DNA of 64,000 nucleotides from Alphaproteobacteria bacterium (GTDB taxonomy: Bacteria > Pseudomonadota > Alphaproteobacteria > UBA2966). Location: the NCBI GenBank assembly GCA_964291395.2, contig OZ219856.1, positions 2,336,001-2,400,000 of the forward strand. Reading direction: 5' to 3'. This document shows positions 1 through 8,600 of this stretch, piece by piece. A program made the position numbers and the translations under genes. Within the stretch, counting starts at the first letter, position 1, and every line of letters begins with the position of its first letter. Under the pieces are notes generated by a model. The model saw only the letters and a list, made by a program, of their open reading frames with translations. It was not told the origin of the DNA and did not search any database.

Positions 1-1172
1 GTCGGATGACGGGCAGCGAGCCGAAACCAGATCTTCGCCAGGTCCTCGTCGTCGTCGGCCCGCGCGGCGCGCCCGGCCCAATAGGCCGCGCGGGCGCGGC
101 TGATCGGATAGCGGACCCGGTCATACATCACCGTGAAATGACTCAAGGCAACGATCGGTTCGTCTAGAAATCGCAAGGCCAGCCAACCGGCCAGCCACTC
201 CGCCTCCGCAAACGAACCTTTGTCGATCTGCCCGTGTCCGGAGGCGACGGCGTAGGCATCGTCGACCAGGCCGTCCTCGATCGCCTGGCGAATCTGGTAG
301 CTTTGCTCGTACCACCATTTGCCGGGGCGGCCGAGATCCGCGGGCAGGTCGAGAAGCAATTCCCGGGCCCCGGAATCCTTGCCGGCGCGACGGCGCCAAC
401 GGACTCGTTCGAATATCAGGCCGGGATGGTTCACCAGTCCATTCGGCACCCGCTTGATCGCCGCATCGACCCCGCGCCTGCGCTCCATCAGGGCAAGGCG
501 TGCTTGAGCCAAACGCCGGTGGCTCTTGTCGGCATGTCTGAACAGGCGCCGGGCGGCATGGCGACGACCGTCCCACAACAGCCGATCGAGCCGAAGATTG
601 TGATGGTCAACGCCGAGCACGGCCTTGTGCTTCCTTAGGAAAGACTTCTCCTGGTGTGCCGGAAAATCGGCGTTGATCCAGGTGTCACGGAGCATTCGAC
701 GACCGGCGTCAATATCGCCATCGGCGATCAGAGCTTCCGCCAAACGCTGTTTGCCGGGTCCGGTCAGCGGCGGAAAGCGGGTGAACCAGGCACGGGCGCG
801 CGGGCCCGCAAATGTATCGGGCATCCGTTCTTCGGCGCGCCGCATCAGCGCCGCGCGACCCGGCCAGTCCGGATATGCATCGAGAAACGATTTGATATCG
901 GCGAATGGCACATCGGCCTTCTGTCGCCGGAGACGGTGCCACTCGATCAACGCCAGCGCCAACGGATGGCCGATCCGTTTGGCACCGCCGATCGCAGCTC
1001 GCCACTTGTCGCGGGCGGCAGCTCGCAGGGCCTGCTGAAACTGTTTCCGGTCGGACTCGCTCAGGATACGCGGTGACGTATCGGCGGTCGCGATCGAGCA
1101 TCCGGCAAACCAGAACAGAACGCAGCCGGCAAGCGCCGCACCAATTCCCGACCGAATACCGCGCTCTCTCAT
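1..1172 (-). CDS. Soluble lytic murein transglycosylase (Slt70-like), 5' part; runs off the left edge
   Basis: Not in the ORF track because there is no stop in the window. ATG at 1172 gives MRERGIRSGIGAALAGCVLFWFAG (signal-like). The same frame later reads AEAEWLAGWLAL...YDRVRYPISRARAAYWAGRAA, typical of alphaproteobacterial Slt proteins. Confidence 0.8.
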   Translation of the reverse strand, partial: MRERGIRSGIGAALAGCVLFWFAGCSIATADTSPRILSESDRKQFQQALRAAARDKWRAAIGGAKRIGHPLALALIEWHRLRRQKADVPFADIKSFLDAYPDWPGRAALMRRAEERMPDTFAGPRARAWFTRFPPLTGPGKQRLAEALIADGDIDAGRRMLRDTWINADFPAHQEKSFLRKHKAVLGVDHHNLRLDRLLWDGRRHAARRLFRHADKSHRRLAQARLALMERRRGVDAAIKRVPNGLVNHPGLIFERVRWRRRAGKDSGARELLLDLPADLGRPGKWWYEQSYQIRQAIEDGLVDDAYAVASGHGQIDKGSFAEAEWLAGWLALRFLDEPIVALSHFTVMYDRVRYPISRARAAYWAGRAARADDDEDLAKIWFRLAARHP

Positions 1173-1730
1173 GTATCTGTCTATTGTTACCGGACCGCAA
1201 AATCGGGTATCGACGAGCGATCTGAATACGAAATATTGTAAGAAAAAGAAAGATACTTGGAAGATAACAGGAGACAGGTTTTCTGTTTCTCCGGTAGCGA
1301 GGTGAGGCGACCCCGGAAAAACCGGACAGGTTGCTCAGGTGCATTCCGACGTGTGACGGAGGAACGCACACTGAGTATGGAGCACAGGTTCCCGGAGGAG
1401 CCGTTCCACCAAGCGTGAGAGTGTCCCGGGCTGCGGGCGTTACGGAGACGGACGACGCCTGAAGACGCCCAGGCCGCGGGGGATTGCTCCGATTCCTTCC
1501 CACCCGGCGGCCAACGCCTCGCGCGGCATGCACGATCGGCCGCGCGTCTCGATCCCCGCGCCCGTTGAGGCTACCCTCGAGCAACGGAAACCACGAGGAG
1601 GCATTGCCATGGAACAGGCGATCGTCCAGGCGAGCAGCCCGAAATCGGCGGCGCCGTGTACCACAAACCGATCACTCATCAGGCGTCTCCATCCTTCCTT
1701 GCAAGCGATGTTTCAAGGGAAAGACCGAAC

Positions 1731-2492
1731 ATGACCGACACACACCCGCGCGTGGTCCTGATCACGGGCGCGACTTCCGGCATCGGCGCCGGTACCGCCA
1801 AGAAGTTCGCCGAGGAAGGCTGGCACCTCGTGCTGACCGGCCGTCGCGCAGACCGCCTGGAAGAGGCAAGAGAGACCCTCGGTGTGCCGGTGCACACCAT
1901 TTGCGCGGACGTCACCGACCTCACCGCGATGACCGAGGCGCTGTCATCCCTGCCGGCGCCCTTCGATGCCGTGGAAGTACTGGTCAACAACGCCGGTCAC
2001 GGAATCGGCACCGACGCCAAGTTCCAGGAGGCCGACCTCGAACAGCTTCATGCCATGGTGGAGGCCAATATCGGCGGCGTGCTGACCTGCACGCGGCTTT
2101 TGCTGCCAGGCATGATCGAGCGCGGCCGCGGCCACGTGATCAACCTCGGCTCGATCTTCCACCGCTACCCCTATCCCATAAGCCACGTCTACAACTCGAC
2201 CAAGGCATTCGTCGAGAACTTCACCCAGGGCCTGCGCGCCGATCTTCTCGGCACTGACGTCAAGGTCTCAACCATCGAGCCGGGCCTGGTGCTGACCGAG
2301 TTCGTCGAGCGCCGCTTCCATGGCGATCAGGAATCGATCAAGAAGCGTTTGGGCGACGCCGACGGGCTGCTGCCGGAGGACATCGCGGAATGCATCTGGT
2401 TCTGCGTCAATACGCCGCGCCGGATGACCGTCTCGCGCCTCGAGGTGGTGATGACCGATCAGGCCCCCGCCCCCAACCTGGTGATCAATTGA
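1731..2492 (+). CDS. Short-chain dehydrogenase/reductase (YdfG-like)
   Basis: TGATSGIG, NNAG and YNSTK (YxxxK) motifs; start taken at ATG 1731. Confidence 0.9.
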   Translation: MTDTHPRVVLITGATSGIGAGTAKKFAEEGWHLVLTGRRADRLEEARETLGVPVHTICADVTDLTAMTEALSSLPAPFDAVEVLVNNAGHGIGTDAKFQEADLEQLHAMVEANIGGVLTCTRLLLPGMIERGRGHVINLGSIFHRYPYPISHVYNSTKAFVENFTQGLRADLLGTDVKVSTIEPGLVLTEFVERRFHGDQESIKKRLGDADGLLPEDIAECIWFCVNTPRRMTVSRLEVVMTDQAPAPNLVIN

Positions 2493-2507
2493 GCGCGAGG
2501 CGTCCTC

Positions 2508-4073
2508 TTACTTCCCCATGACACGTTCGTTGATCGCCGCGACCGCGGCATGGGCTGCCAGGACCGCTCCTTCCTGCCAGCCCGGCAGCGCGCTGGCCTG
2601 GTCACCGGCAAAGCAGATCGCTCCGTCCGGCCGCTGCAGCGCCGCAGGCGCCTCCTTTCCCGCCGGCCAAGCCCCTTTCTGGAACGGCACTTTGCCCCAG
2701 GCGCGACTCACTCCCGCCTCGATTTCCCCCGCATATCCAGGATGGACACGTTCGCCCTCCTCGACCGCAACTCGCAGGCGCTCCTCCGGGCTCATCCCTT
2801 CAAAGCGAAGTCCAATGTCCTTGTTCCAGATATAGGCACCGACGATCACCCCGTTGTCGCGATGATATCCGTATGGCGGATACCAAATCTGCGTGATGTC
2901 CTGGTCGGTCCACGAGATACCCCCGTAGATGGCGTGATCCTCCTCCCAGAAGCGCCGGCGCGTCTGAAAAGCGATCTTGACGGCCGGAGCGAACGCGACC
3001 GATTCGATCGCGGCCTTCGTCTCCGGGGCGAAATCATTCTGAATGTCCTTCAGGACGGGGGCGGGTATGGAGCAGATGGCAAAATCGGCGTCCAGAGCGC
3101 CGACTGCGCCGCCCAATCCGGACCGGTAGACGATGCGGACGCCCTTCGGGCTCTTTCGGATTTCCTCGACGACGCTGCGGTAGCGTATGAAGCTTCCCAC
3201 GCGCTCTTCGAAGGCTTTCGCGATCGTATCCATCCCGCCGACCGGCTGTAGCAGTGTCGGGTTCTGGTCGAGGAAATCGTCGAAGTGGAGCTTGTATTCC
3301 CAGAAGTCCGACTTGAGCAGGTCGCTGAAATCGAGAGGATCGTCAAGTTCTCCTGCCTTGAGGCCCGCATTCAACCGCTCGCCGCGATAGCCTCCCCGCT
3401 TCGTGCCCTCGTAGAGATGGTCGGCGTTCAGATCGCCGTATTTCACGAGCATCTGGAGGAGGCGCTCCTTGTCCTCGACCGTGAGCGCGCTGTCCAGGGA
3501 CGCGCCGTCGACCGCCTTGGCAAGCAGCTCGGCGATATAGCCGCGGATATCGGTGATGACCCGGCGGGCCGACACGGGTCGGCCGTCAAAGCGCTCGCGA
3601 TTGTGAAAGAGCGCTGCGCGGTTGTCGTTCGTGAACACCTCGAGCCCGACGCCGAATTCCTTGCAATAGCCGAGAATCGTTCTGTGATGATAGGGAATCC
3701 GGGCCGGACCGAGGTTTGCGTACAGATGGTCCCCCTCGCTGAAGTTCACCCGCTGGCGGCTGTCCACCTCTCCGACGACGTCTCCGGCCCGAGCCGTCAG
3801 ATTTCGACCCCCGGCGCGGTCCGCGGCTTCAAGGATGGTGCATCTGTACCCCGCTTTGGACAGTTCGTAGGCCGCCGTCATGCCGGCGATGCCAGCCCCG
3901 AGGATTGCGACGCTCTTCCCTTCCCCCGAACCGCGCGGAAGATCGGCCCGGACCTCGTGCGCGACCTCCGTGCTCACCAAGCCCAGCGCCTGCATGCTCC
4001 GATAGACGGCGCCGACGCCGGCTGCCGCACCGACAGCCTGAAGAAAACCTCGTTTGGATATGGTCGCCTTCAT
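2508..4073 (-). CDS. Flavin monoamine oxidase / L-amino-acid oxidase family, probably Tat-exported
   Basis: N-terminal SKRGFL Tat-like motif; GAGIAG...EAADRAGGR FAD fold; GPARIP; C-terminal FAGD...GWQEGA. Confidence 0.85.
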   Translation of the reverse strand: MKATISKRGFLQAVGAAAGVGAVYRSMQALGLVSTEVAHEVRADLPRGSGEGKSVAILGAGIAGMTAAYELSKAGYRCTILEAADRAGGRNLTARAGDVVGEVDSRQRVNFSEGDHLYANLGPARIPYHHRTILGYCKEFGVGLEVFTNDNRAALFHNRERFDGRPVSARRVITDIRGYIAELLAKAVDGASLDSALTVEDKERLLQMLVKYGDLNADHLYEGTKRGGYRGERLNAGLKAGELDDPLDFSDLLKSDFWEYKLHFDDFLDQNPTLLQPVGGMDTIAKAFEERVGSFIRYRSVVEEIRKSPKGVRIVYRSGLGGAVGALDADFAICSIPAPVLKDIQNDFAPETKAAIESVAFAPAVKIAFQTRRRFWEEDHAIYGGISWTDQDITQIWYPPYGYHRDNGVIVGAYIWNKDIGLRFEGMSPEERLRVAVEEGERVHPGYAGEIEAGVSRAWGKVPFQKGAWPAGKEAPAALQRPDGAICFAGDQASALPGWQEGAVLAAHAAVAAINERVMGK

Positions 4074-4220
4074 CGATCTCAAATGCCCGGGTCAAAATTT
4101 TCCATGGAAAGCGGAGTGTCCGAATTTAGGCCGAGTATAAGCAATGGGTGAAGCCGCTCTTTGGCTGGCGGCCATGCTCGAACTCAACATCGAGCGGGCG
4201 AAGGCCGCCAGCATCTACCG

Positions 4221-4463
4221 TGGCGGCGCATTGACGACGGGATGCGACCCGGTCACGCCCAACTCGAACGCGTCTCGGAACGCAGATTGACCCCGGGCGG
4301 CATCTCGTCGTTCCTATCGGACGACATTCACACGGTCTGGAACGACACCGACAGCGTGTCGTGGTCGCTGCGCGTCTACGGCAAACATATCAACCATACG
4401 GGCCGGTCCGAATTCGACCCGGTTGCCAAGACGGAAAAAGCGTACGTCCTGAATGTCGAGTGA
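4221..4463 (+). pseudogene. C-terminal remnant of a cysteine dioxygenase-like cupin
   Basis: WRRIDDG...DDIHTVWN...SLRVYGKHINHTGR resembles the CDO C-terminal half. The N-terminal HxH metal motif is missing and SLHxY has become SLRVY. Confidence 0.6.
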
Positions 4464-4517
4464 CGGCTCCCGCGCGCCCAAGCCGCGGATCAGCGGGAGA
4501 TGGGTTCCGCCGGCGCG

Positions 4518-4949
4518 CTAGACGATGCCGGTGTCGCGCCTGCCTTCCTCGTTGAAGTTGAGCGTGCCTTCCCAAACGGCGATCTTGCCATCGCGCATGG
4601 TCCACATCTCCATGCCCCAGCCCCACATCTTCTTGTCCGTTTTGGTATCGATCCAACGACATTCCCAGGAATTGGCGATCATGTCGCCCATCAGCAGTCG
4701 CAGGTCCTTCTTGAGCCAGTATTCCTTTTGCCGCGCCGCCCGTCCCCTGAAGAACTTGTCGAGTTCCGCCTTGCCGTGCATTTCGGGAAATTCGGCGTAA
4801 CGTACTACGCAGTCGTCGGTGAAGCCGGCCAACAGCCCCTCGAAATCCCATGGCATGAACAAGCCTTCCACGCGCTTTACCAAGCGGCTAGCCTCCTCGA
4901 AGGTTTGCGGGTTACGGCCCGCGACGTCGACGTCGGTGTTCGCTCTCAC
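4518..4949 (-). CDS. SnoaL/NTF2-like protein (DUF1348-like)
   Basis: FTDDCVVRY...HGKAELDKFF...WGWGMEMWTMRDGKIAVW; GTG start at 4949 with GGAGG RBS. Confidence 0.75.
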   Translation of the reverse strand: MRANTDVDVAGRNPQTFEEASRLVKRVEGLFMPWDFEGLLAGFTDDCVVRYAEFPEMHGKAELDKFFRGRAARQKEYWLKKDLRLLMGDMIANSWECRWIDTKTDKKMWGWGMEMWTMRDGKIAVWEGTLNFNEEGRRDTGIV

Positions 4950-5024
4950 GGCTGAGCCTCCGATTACCTGTTCCCGCGCCACGGTGAACGGCGCCTCCCA
5001 ATTATGCAAGGAATGCCGCCCGCC

Positions 5025-5969
5025 ATGACGGAGCCTGACGTACAGGGAAACGAACGCGAGGGTTCCGGAAAGAAGGCGCCCGCCGTTCTCATCCTGGTAC
5101 CGATCATCTTTCTGCTGCTGTGGTCGTCCGGCTTCGCGTACGTGAAGATGGGCCTCGCGTACTCGGGACCGATTACCTACCTGACCCTGCGTTTTGGGCT
5201 GGTTCTGGTCGTGCTTTTACCTGCCGTCCTCGCGTGGCGTCTACCACTGCCGAAGAGCGGCCGCGAATGGGGTCATCTCGCCATCGTCGGTCTCTTCTTT
5301 CAATGCGGCTACTTCGGCTTTCTCTACGCGGCGATCCACCTGGGAGTGTCGGCGGGAACTACGGCGCTGATCGTCTCGCTGCAGCCGATCCTCGTGGCGC
5401 TGCTGGCGTCGCGCTACGCGGGCGAACGTGTCGACGCGACGTCCTGGGCGGGTCTCGTTCTGGGTGTCTCCGGTGCGGGCATCGTTGTCATCTCGGGATC
5501 GGTGATCGAGACCGCGTCCGCAATGGGCGTCCTCTATGCAGTTGCATCCCTGATCGGCATCACCATCGGGACATTGCACGAACGGCGCTTCGGCCTCTCC
5601 GTCCATCCTCTTGTTTCAAGCTTCATTCAGCACGTGGTGGGCTTCGCCGTGGTCCTGCCCTTAGGCTGGTGGATCGAAGGTCTGCACGCCACATGGACTT
5701 GGGAATTCATTTGGGCACTGAGTTATCTCTCCTTTGGCGTCTCCGTGGTCTCGCTATTGCTGCTGTTGGTGATGATCCGACACAACGAAGCGCACCGCGT
5801 ATCGTCCCTGTTCTTCCTGGTTGCGCCGGCGGCAGCGCTCTATGCCTGGGTCCTGGTCGACGAGGCAATGTCTCCGCACACATGGATCGGTATCGCAGTT
5901 GCGGCGCTTGGCGTCGCTATCGTCGCCCCGCCAGACGGCTTGCGACGCTTGAGACTTTCCCGGAGATGA
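5025..5969 (+). CDS. DMT/EamA family transporter
   Basis: About 10 hydrophobic segments; LLWSSGF, LRF and IVSLQPIL motifs. Confidence 0.9.
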   Translation: MTEPDVQGNEREGSGKKAPAVLILVPIIFLLLWSSGFAYVKMGLAYSGPITYLTLRFGLVLVVLLPAVLAWRLPLPKSGREWGHLAIVGLFFQCGYFGFLYAAIHLGVSAGTTALIVSLQPILVALLASRYAGERVDATSWAGLVLGVSGAGIVVISGSVIETASAMGVLYAVASLIGITIGTLHERRFGLSVHPLVSSFIQHVVGFAVVLPLGWWIEGLHATWTWEFIWALSYLSFGVSVVSLLLLLVMIRHNEAHRVSSLFFLVAPAAALYAWVLVDEAMSPHTWIGIAVAALGVAIVAPPDGLRRLRLSRR

Positions 5970-6113
5970 TCACCGGCGGCCCAATTCATCCGTGCCGGCG
6001 CACCCCTCAAGGGCGCTTTCCTACATGAATTCAACAGGAAAACCTCAGTCTCGATACGACTTGAAGCTGCGCCCGTGCTACCGGGAAGAATAGGGATATA
6101 CGGCGGCGCGCGG

Positions 6114-6962
6114 TCAGTAGCGGTGGCCTGTCAGGATCTCGCTCATCTCCCACAGGCGCCGCCCTGCATCCTCGTCGTGAGAAGCAGGTGAGCTCGCGGC
6201 CTCGCGGCACTCGTCGAAATAACGGCCGGACACTCCCGCGACGTCGGCGCTCGTCGCGAGATGGACGCTGGTGCGCGCGCCGGCCTCCATGTCGATCGCG
6301 GACAGGCGCATCATGACTTTCAACGCCGCGACGAAGGGCCAGCCATTGTTGTGCCCGAACCTGCTGGCGACGAAACCGGGGTGCAGGCAGTTCGCCGTGA
6401 CCGGCGTCCCCGCCAGCAGCGCCGCGAGGCGATAAGTGAACAGGACGTTGGCGAGCTTGCTCCGCCGGTAGGCGCGCCAGCCGCGGTAACGCCTCGTCCC
6501 CTGCGGGTCCTCCAGGTCCATCCGCGCGCCGCGATGGGCCTCGGAGGCGACATTGACGATGCGCCCGCCACCGTTCGCCTGCAGGCTCTCCAGCAACAGC
6601 CCGGTCAGAAGGAAATAGCCCAGGTGGTTGAGCGCGAAGGTCATCTCGATCCCGTCGGCGCTCTCTCGGCGGCGCATGAAGAGGGCGCCGACATTGTTGA
6701 CGAGAACATCGATCGCCGCGCCGCCCGCGGTAAGGCGCTCCGCCAGAGCCCTGATCTCGGTCTGACTCGAGAGATCGGCCTGCTCGAAGCGGACCCGGTC
6801 GTTGCGGGAAGACCGCCGGATCGCCTTGCAGACCTCCGCGCCCTTCGCCGCGTTCCGACCGACGAGCACGACCTCGGCCCCCCTCTCGGCCAGCGCCCGT
6901 GCCGTGACGCGGCCGATCCCGTCCGTGGCGCCGGTAACGATGCACAGCTTGCCTTCCATCAC
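6114..6962 (-). CDS. SDR family oxidoreductase (retinol dehydrogenase/WWOX-like)
   Basis: TGATDGIG, ALNHLG, YRRSKLAN, LHPGFV. Confidence 0.9.
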   Translation of the reverse strand: MMEGKLCIVTGATDGIGRVTARALAERGAEVVLVGRNAAKGAEVCKAIRRSSRNDRVRFEQADLSSQTEIRALAERLTAGGAAIDVLVNNVGALFMRRRESADGIEMTFALNHLGYFLLTGLLLESLQANGGGRIVNVASEAHRGARMDLEDPQGTRRYRGWRAYRRSKLANVLFTYRLAALLAGTPVTANCLHPGFVASRFGHNNGWPFVAALKVMMRLSAIDMEAGARTSVHLATSADVAGVSGRYFDECREAASSPASHDEDAGRRLWEMSEILTGHRY

Positions 6963-7090
6963 TCTTCGCTCCCTCGGACCTTCCTGACGTCGACCTCACA
7001 TTGGCAGCCAGCGGCACAGGGTCAAGGGGTCGGAGCAGGCGCTCCTGCCGCCACGTCGTCCGGCTCATCGCGATCTCTCCTCGCGGTGAC

Positions 7091-7146
7091 ACCAAACCGG
7101 ACAACTCACGTGCTACCTAAACCGGACACATCATCTGCTGGCGACA
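7091..7146 (-). mobile_element. Orphan insertion-sequence end (IS481/IS1202-like terminal repeat)
   Basis: Minus strand reads TGTCGCCAGCAGATGATGTGTCCGGTTTAGGTAGCACGTGAGTTGTCCGGTTTGGT. It has a TGT terminus and two internal direct repeats (AAACCGGACA at 7094-7103 and 7119-7128). No transposase nearby. Confidence 0.6.
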
Positions 7147-7164
7147 CATCAGGATGACTTCCTC

Positions 7165-7193
7165 TTGACCATCAACGTCCGGTTCCAGACACT
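7165..7193 (+). promoter_or_regulatory. Possible sigma70-type promoter of the selenoprotein gene
   Basis: TTGACC-N17-GACACT upstream of ATG 7250; the -10 element is weak. Confidence 0.3.
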
Positions 7194-7249
7194 TACCAGC
7201 CGGCGAGCGCCAATAATGCGGCGGCAGGGAGAGCAAAGGATCGACGGTA

Positions 7250-8482
7250 ATGGTTCGATTTACCGATCTTCCCGAATATGAGCAGGATCACATGGTCCAT
7301 CTGGCCAAGGACTGCGTGACTCTGGAGCCCGCGCCGTGGGTCGACGGACCGCAGTTGGCCGAGCGTCGGGTCGCCATTGTCACCACCGCCGGATTGCAGC
7401 GCCGCGGCGACCGCCCGTTCTCCAAAGGGGCCGGGGATTTCCGCATCATCCCGGGCGACTATGACGCCGCCGACCTGGTGATGAGCCATATCTCGGTTAA
7501 CTTCGACCGTGGCGGTTTTCAGCAGGACTGGAACGTCGTCTTTCCGATCGACCGTCTGCGCGAACTGGCGGCGGCCGGCGTCATCGGGTCAGTGGCCGAC
7601 TACCACTACTCGTTCCTCGGTTCGACGAAACCGGCCGAATTGGAGACGTCGGCGCGCCATCTCGCCGGCATCCTCATGGACGATGCCGTCGATGCCGTCC
7701 TCCTGGTGCCGATCTGACCGGCCTGCACGCGCGCCGTAGGCGGGCTGGGGCTCTACCTCGAAGACGAGGGCATCGCGACGACGCAGATCAGTCTCATCCG
7801 ACCGCACACGGAGAGGACTCGTCCGCCGCGGGCCCTGTGGGTGCCGTTCGAATTGGGGCGTCCGTTCGGGTCCCCTGGCGATCCCGCTTTCCAGACTCGC
7901 GTCCTCCGCGCCACCCTCGATTTGCTGGAGGCCGACGCCGGGCCGATCATCGTCGACTTTCCCGACGACGCCCCGGCGGCGGCGGACGGAGACTTGGAAG
8001 GATGGGCATGCCCAGTCAGTTTCGGCAAGCCTGCGGACGCGGACGATGACGGTATCCGGGCAGCATTACAGCGCGAGATCGGACACTTGGCGCCGTGGCA
8101 TGATTTGGCCGTCGAAAGGCGGGGTCGGACGACGGTCGGCGTCAGTGGCTTCGAGATGGAGGAGGCCGCCGACTACGTCTTGTCCTTCCTCGATGCGGCA
8201 CCAGGAACGAGCCCGCGCCCAGGCCTGACACCGGGAGACGTGCTCAAACTGGCCTGCGACGACCTGAAGGCCTTCTACTTCGAGGCGATCACGGCGCAAC
8301 CAGGTGTCGCCGGCCGTCAAGAACTGGAAGACTGGTTCTGGAACGAGACGTCCCTGGCCAAGATCTTCATGGCGCTGAAACCCATCTGCCTGGCCAGCGA
8401 GGATCACAGCATGCGCGGCATGGGGCTGCACACCTTGGTGCCGCGGATTCTGACCGAATCGTTTGTCGATCCCGATCTATGA
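7250..8482 (+). CDS. Selenoprotein of the glycine/sarcosine/betaine/D-proline reductase selenoprotein B (GrdB/PrdB) family with C-terminal extension; 410 aa, Sec156
   Basis: ORFs 7250..7717 and 7841..8482 share one frame, separated only by TGA 7715-7717. Read-through gives DAVLLVPI-U-PAC-TRAVGGLGLYLEDEGIATTQISL...PPRALWVPFELGRPFG. Upstream family motifs: VAIVTTAG, SHISVNFD, DWNVVFPIDRLREL, HYSFLG. A SECIS-like hairpin follows the UGA. Confidence 0.88.
7718..7753 (+). promoter_or_regulatory. Bacterial SECIS element (candidate)
   Basis: Apical stem CGCC(7732-7735)/GGCG(7739-7742) closes a GUA loop that starts 18 nt after the UGA. Extended by G7729-C7745, C7730-G7744, C7726-G7747, A7727-U7746 and a lower stem GGCCU(7720-7724)/GGGCU(7748-7752). 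Confidence 0.75.
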
Positions 8483-8548
8483 GACCGACGGTCTGACGGG
8501 TTGCAATCCGACGGCAACGTACGCCGCCCGTGAAAACAACGCAGTGGA

Positions 8549-8570
8549 GGGGCATGCGTTGGCATGCCCC
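8549..8570. terminator. Hairpin between convergent genes (probable terminator)
   Basis: GGGGCATGC-GTTG-GCATGCCCC, perfect 9-bp stem; weak U-tract. Confidence 0.5.
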
Positions 8571-8600
8571 CCCTTGCTTCACGAGGACCGTTACGGCAGA

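Noticed and set aside
1444-1560. Possible tRNA-Sec, SRP or 6S RNA
   Set aside because: No UCA anticodon stem-loop with a T-arm, and no SRP GGAAGGAAGCAG core; kept only as an unassigned structured region.
7250-8482. Two separate genes (155 aa + 213 aa) or a nonsense pseudogene
   Set aside because: The TGA sits at the family's UxxC position, the frame stays open and family-like, a SECIS-like hairpin follows, and the GTG at 7841 has no evident RBS.
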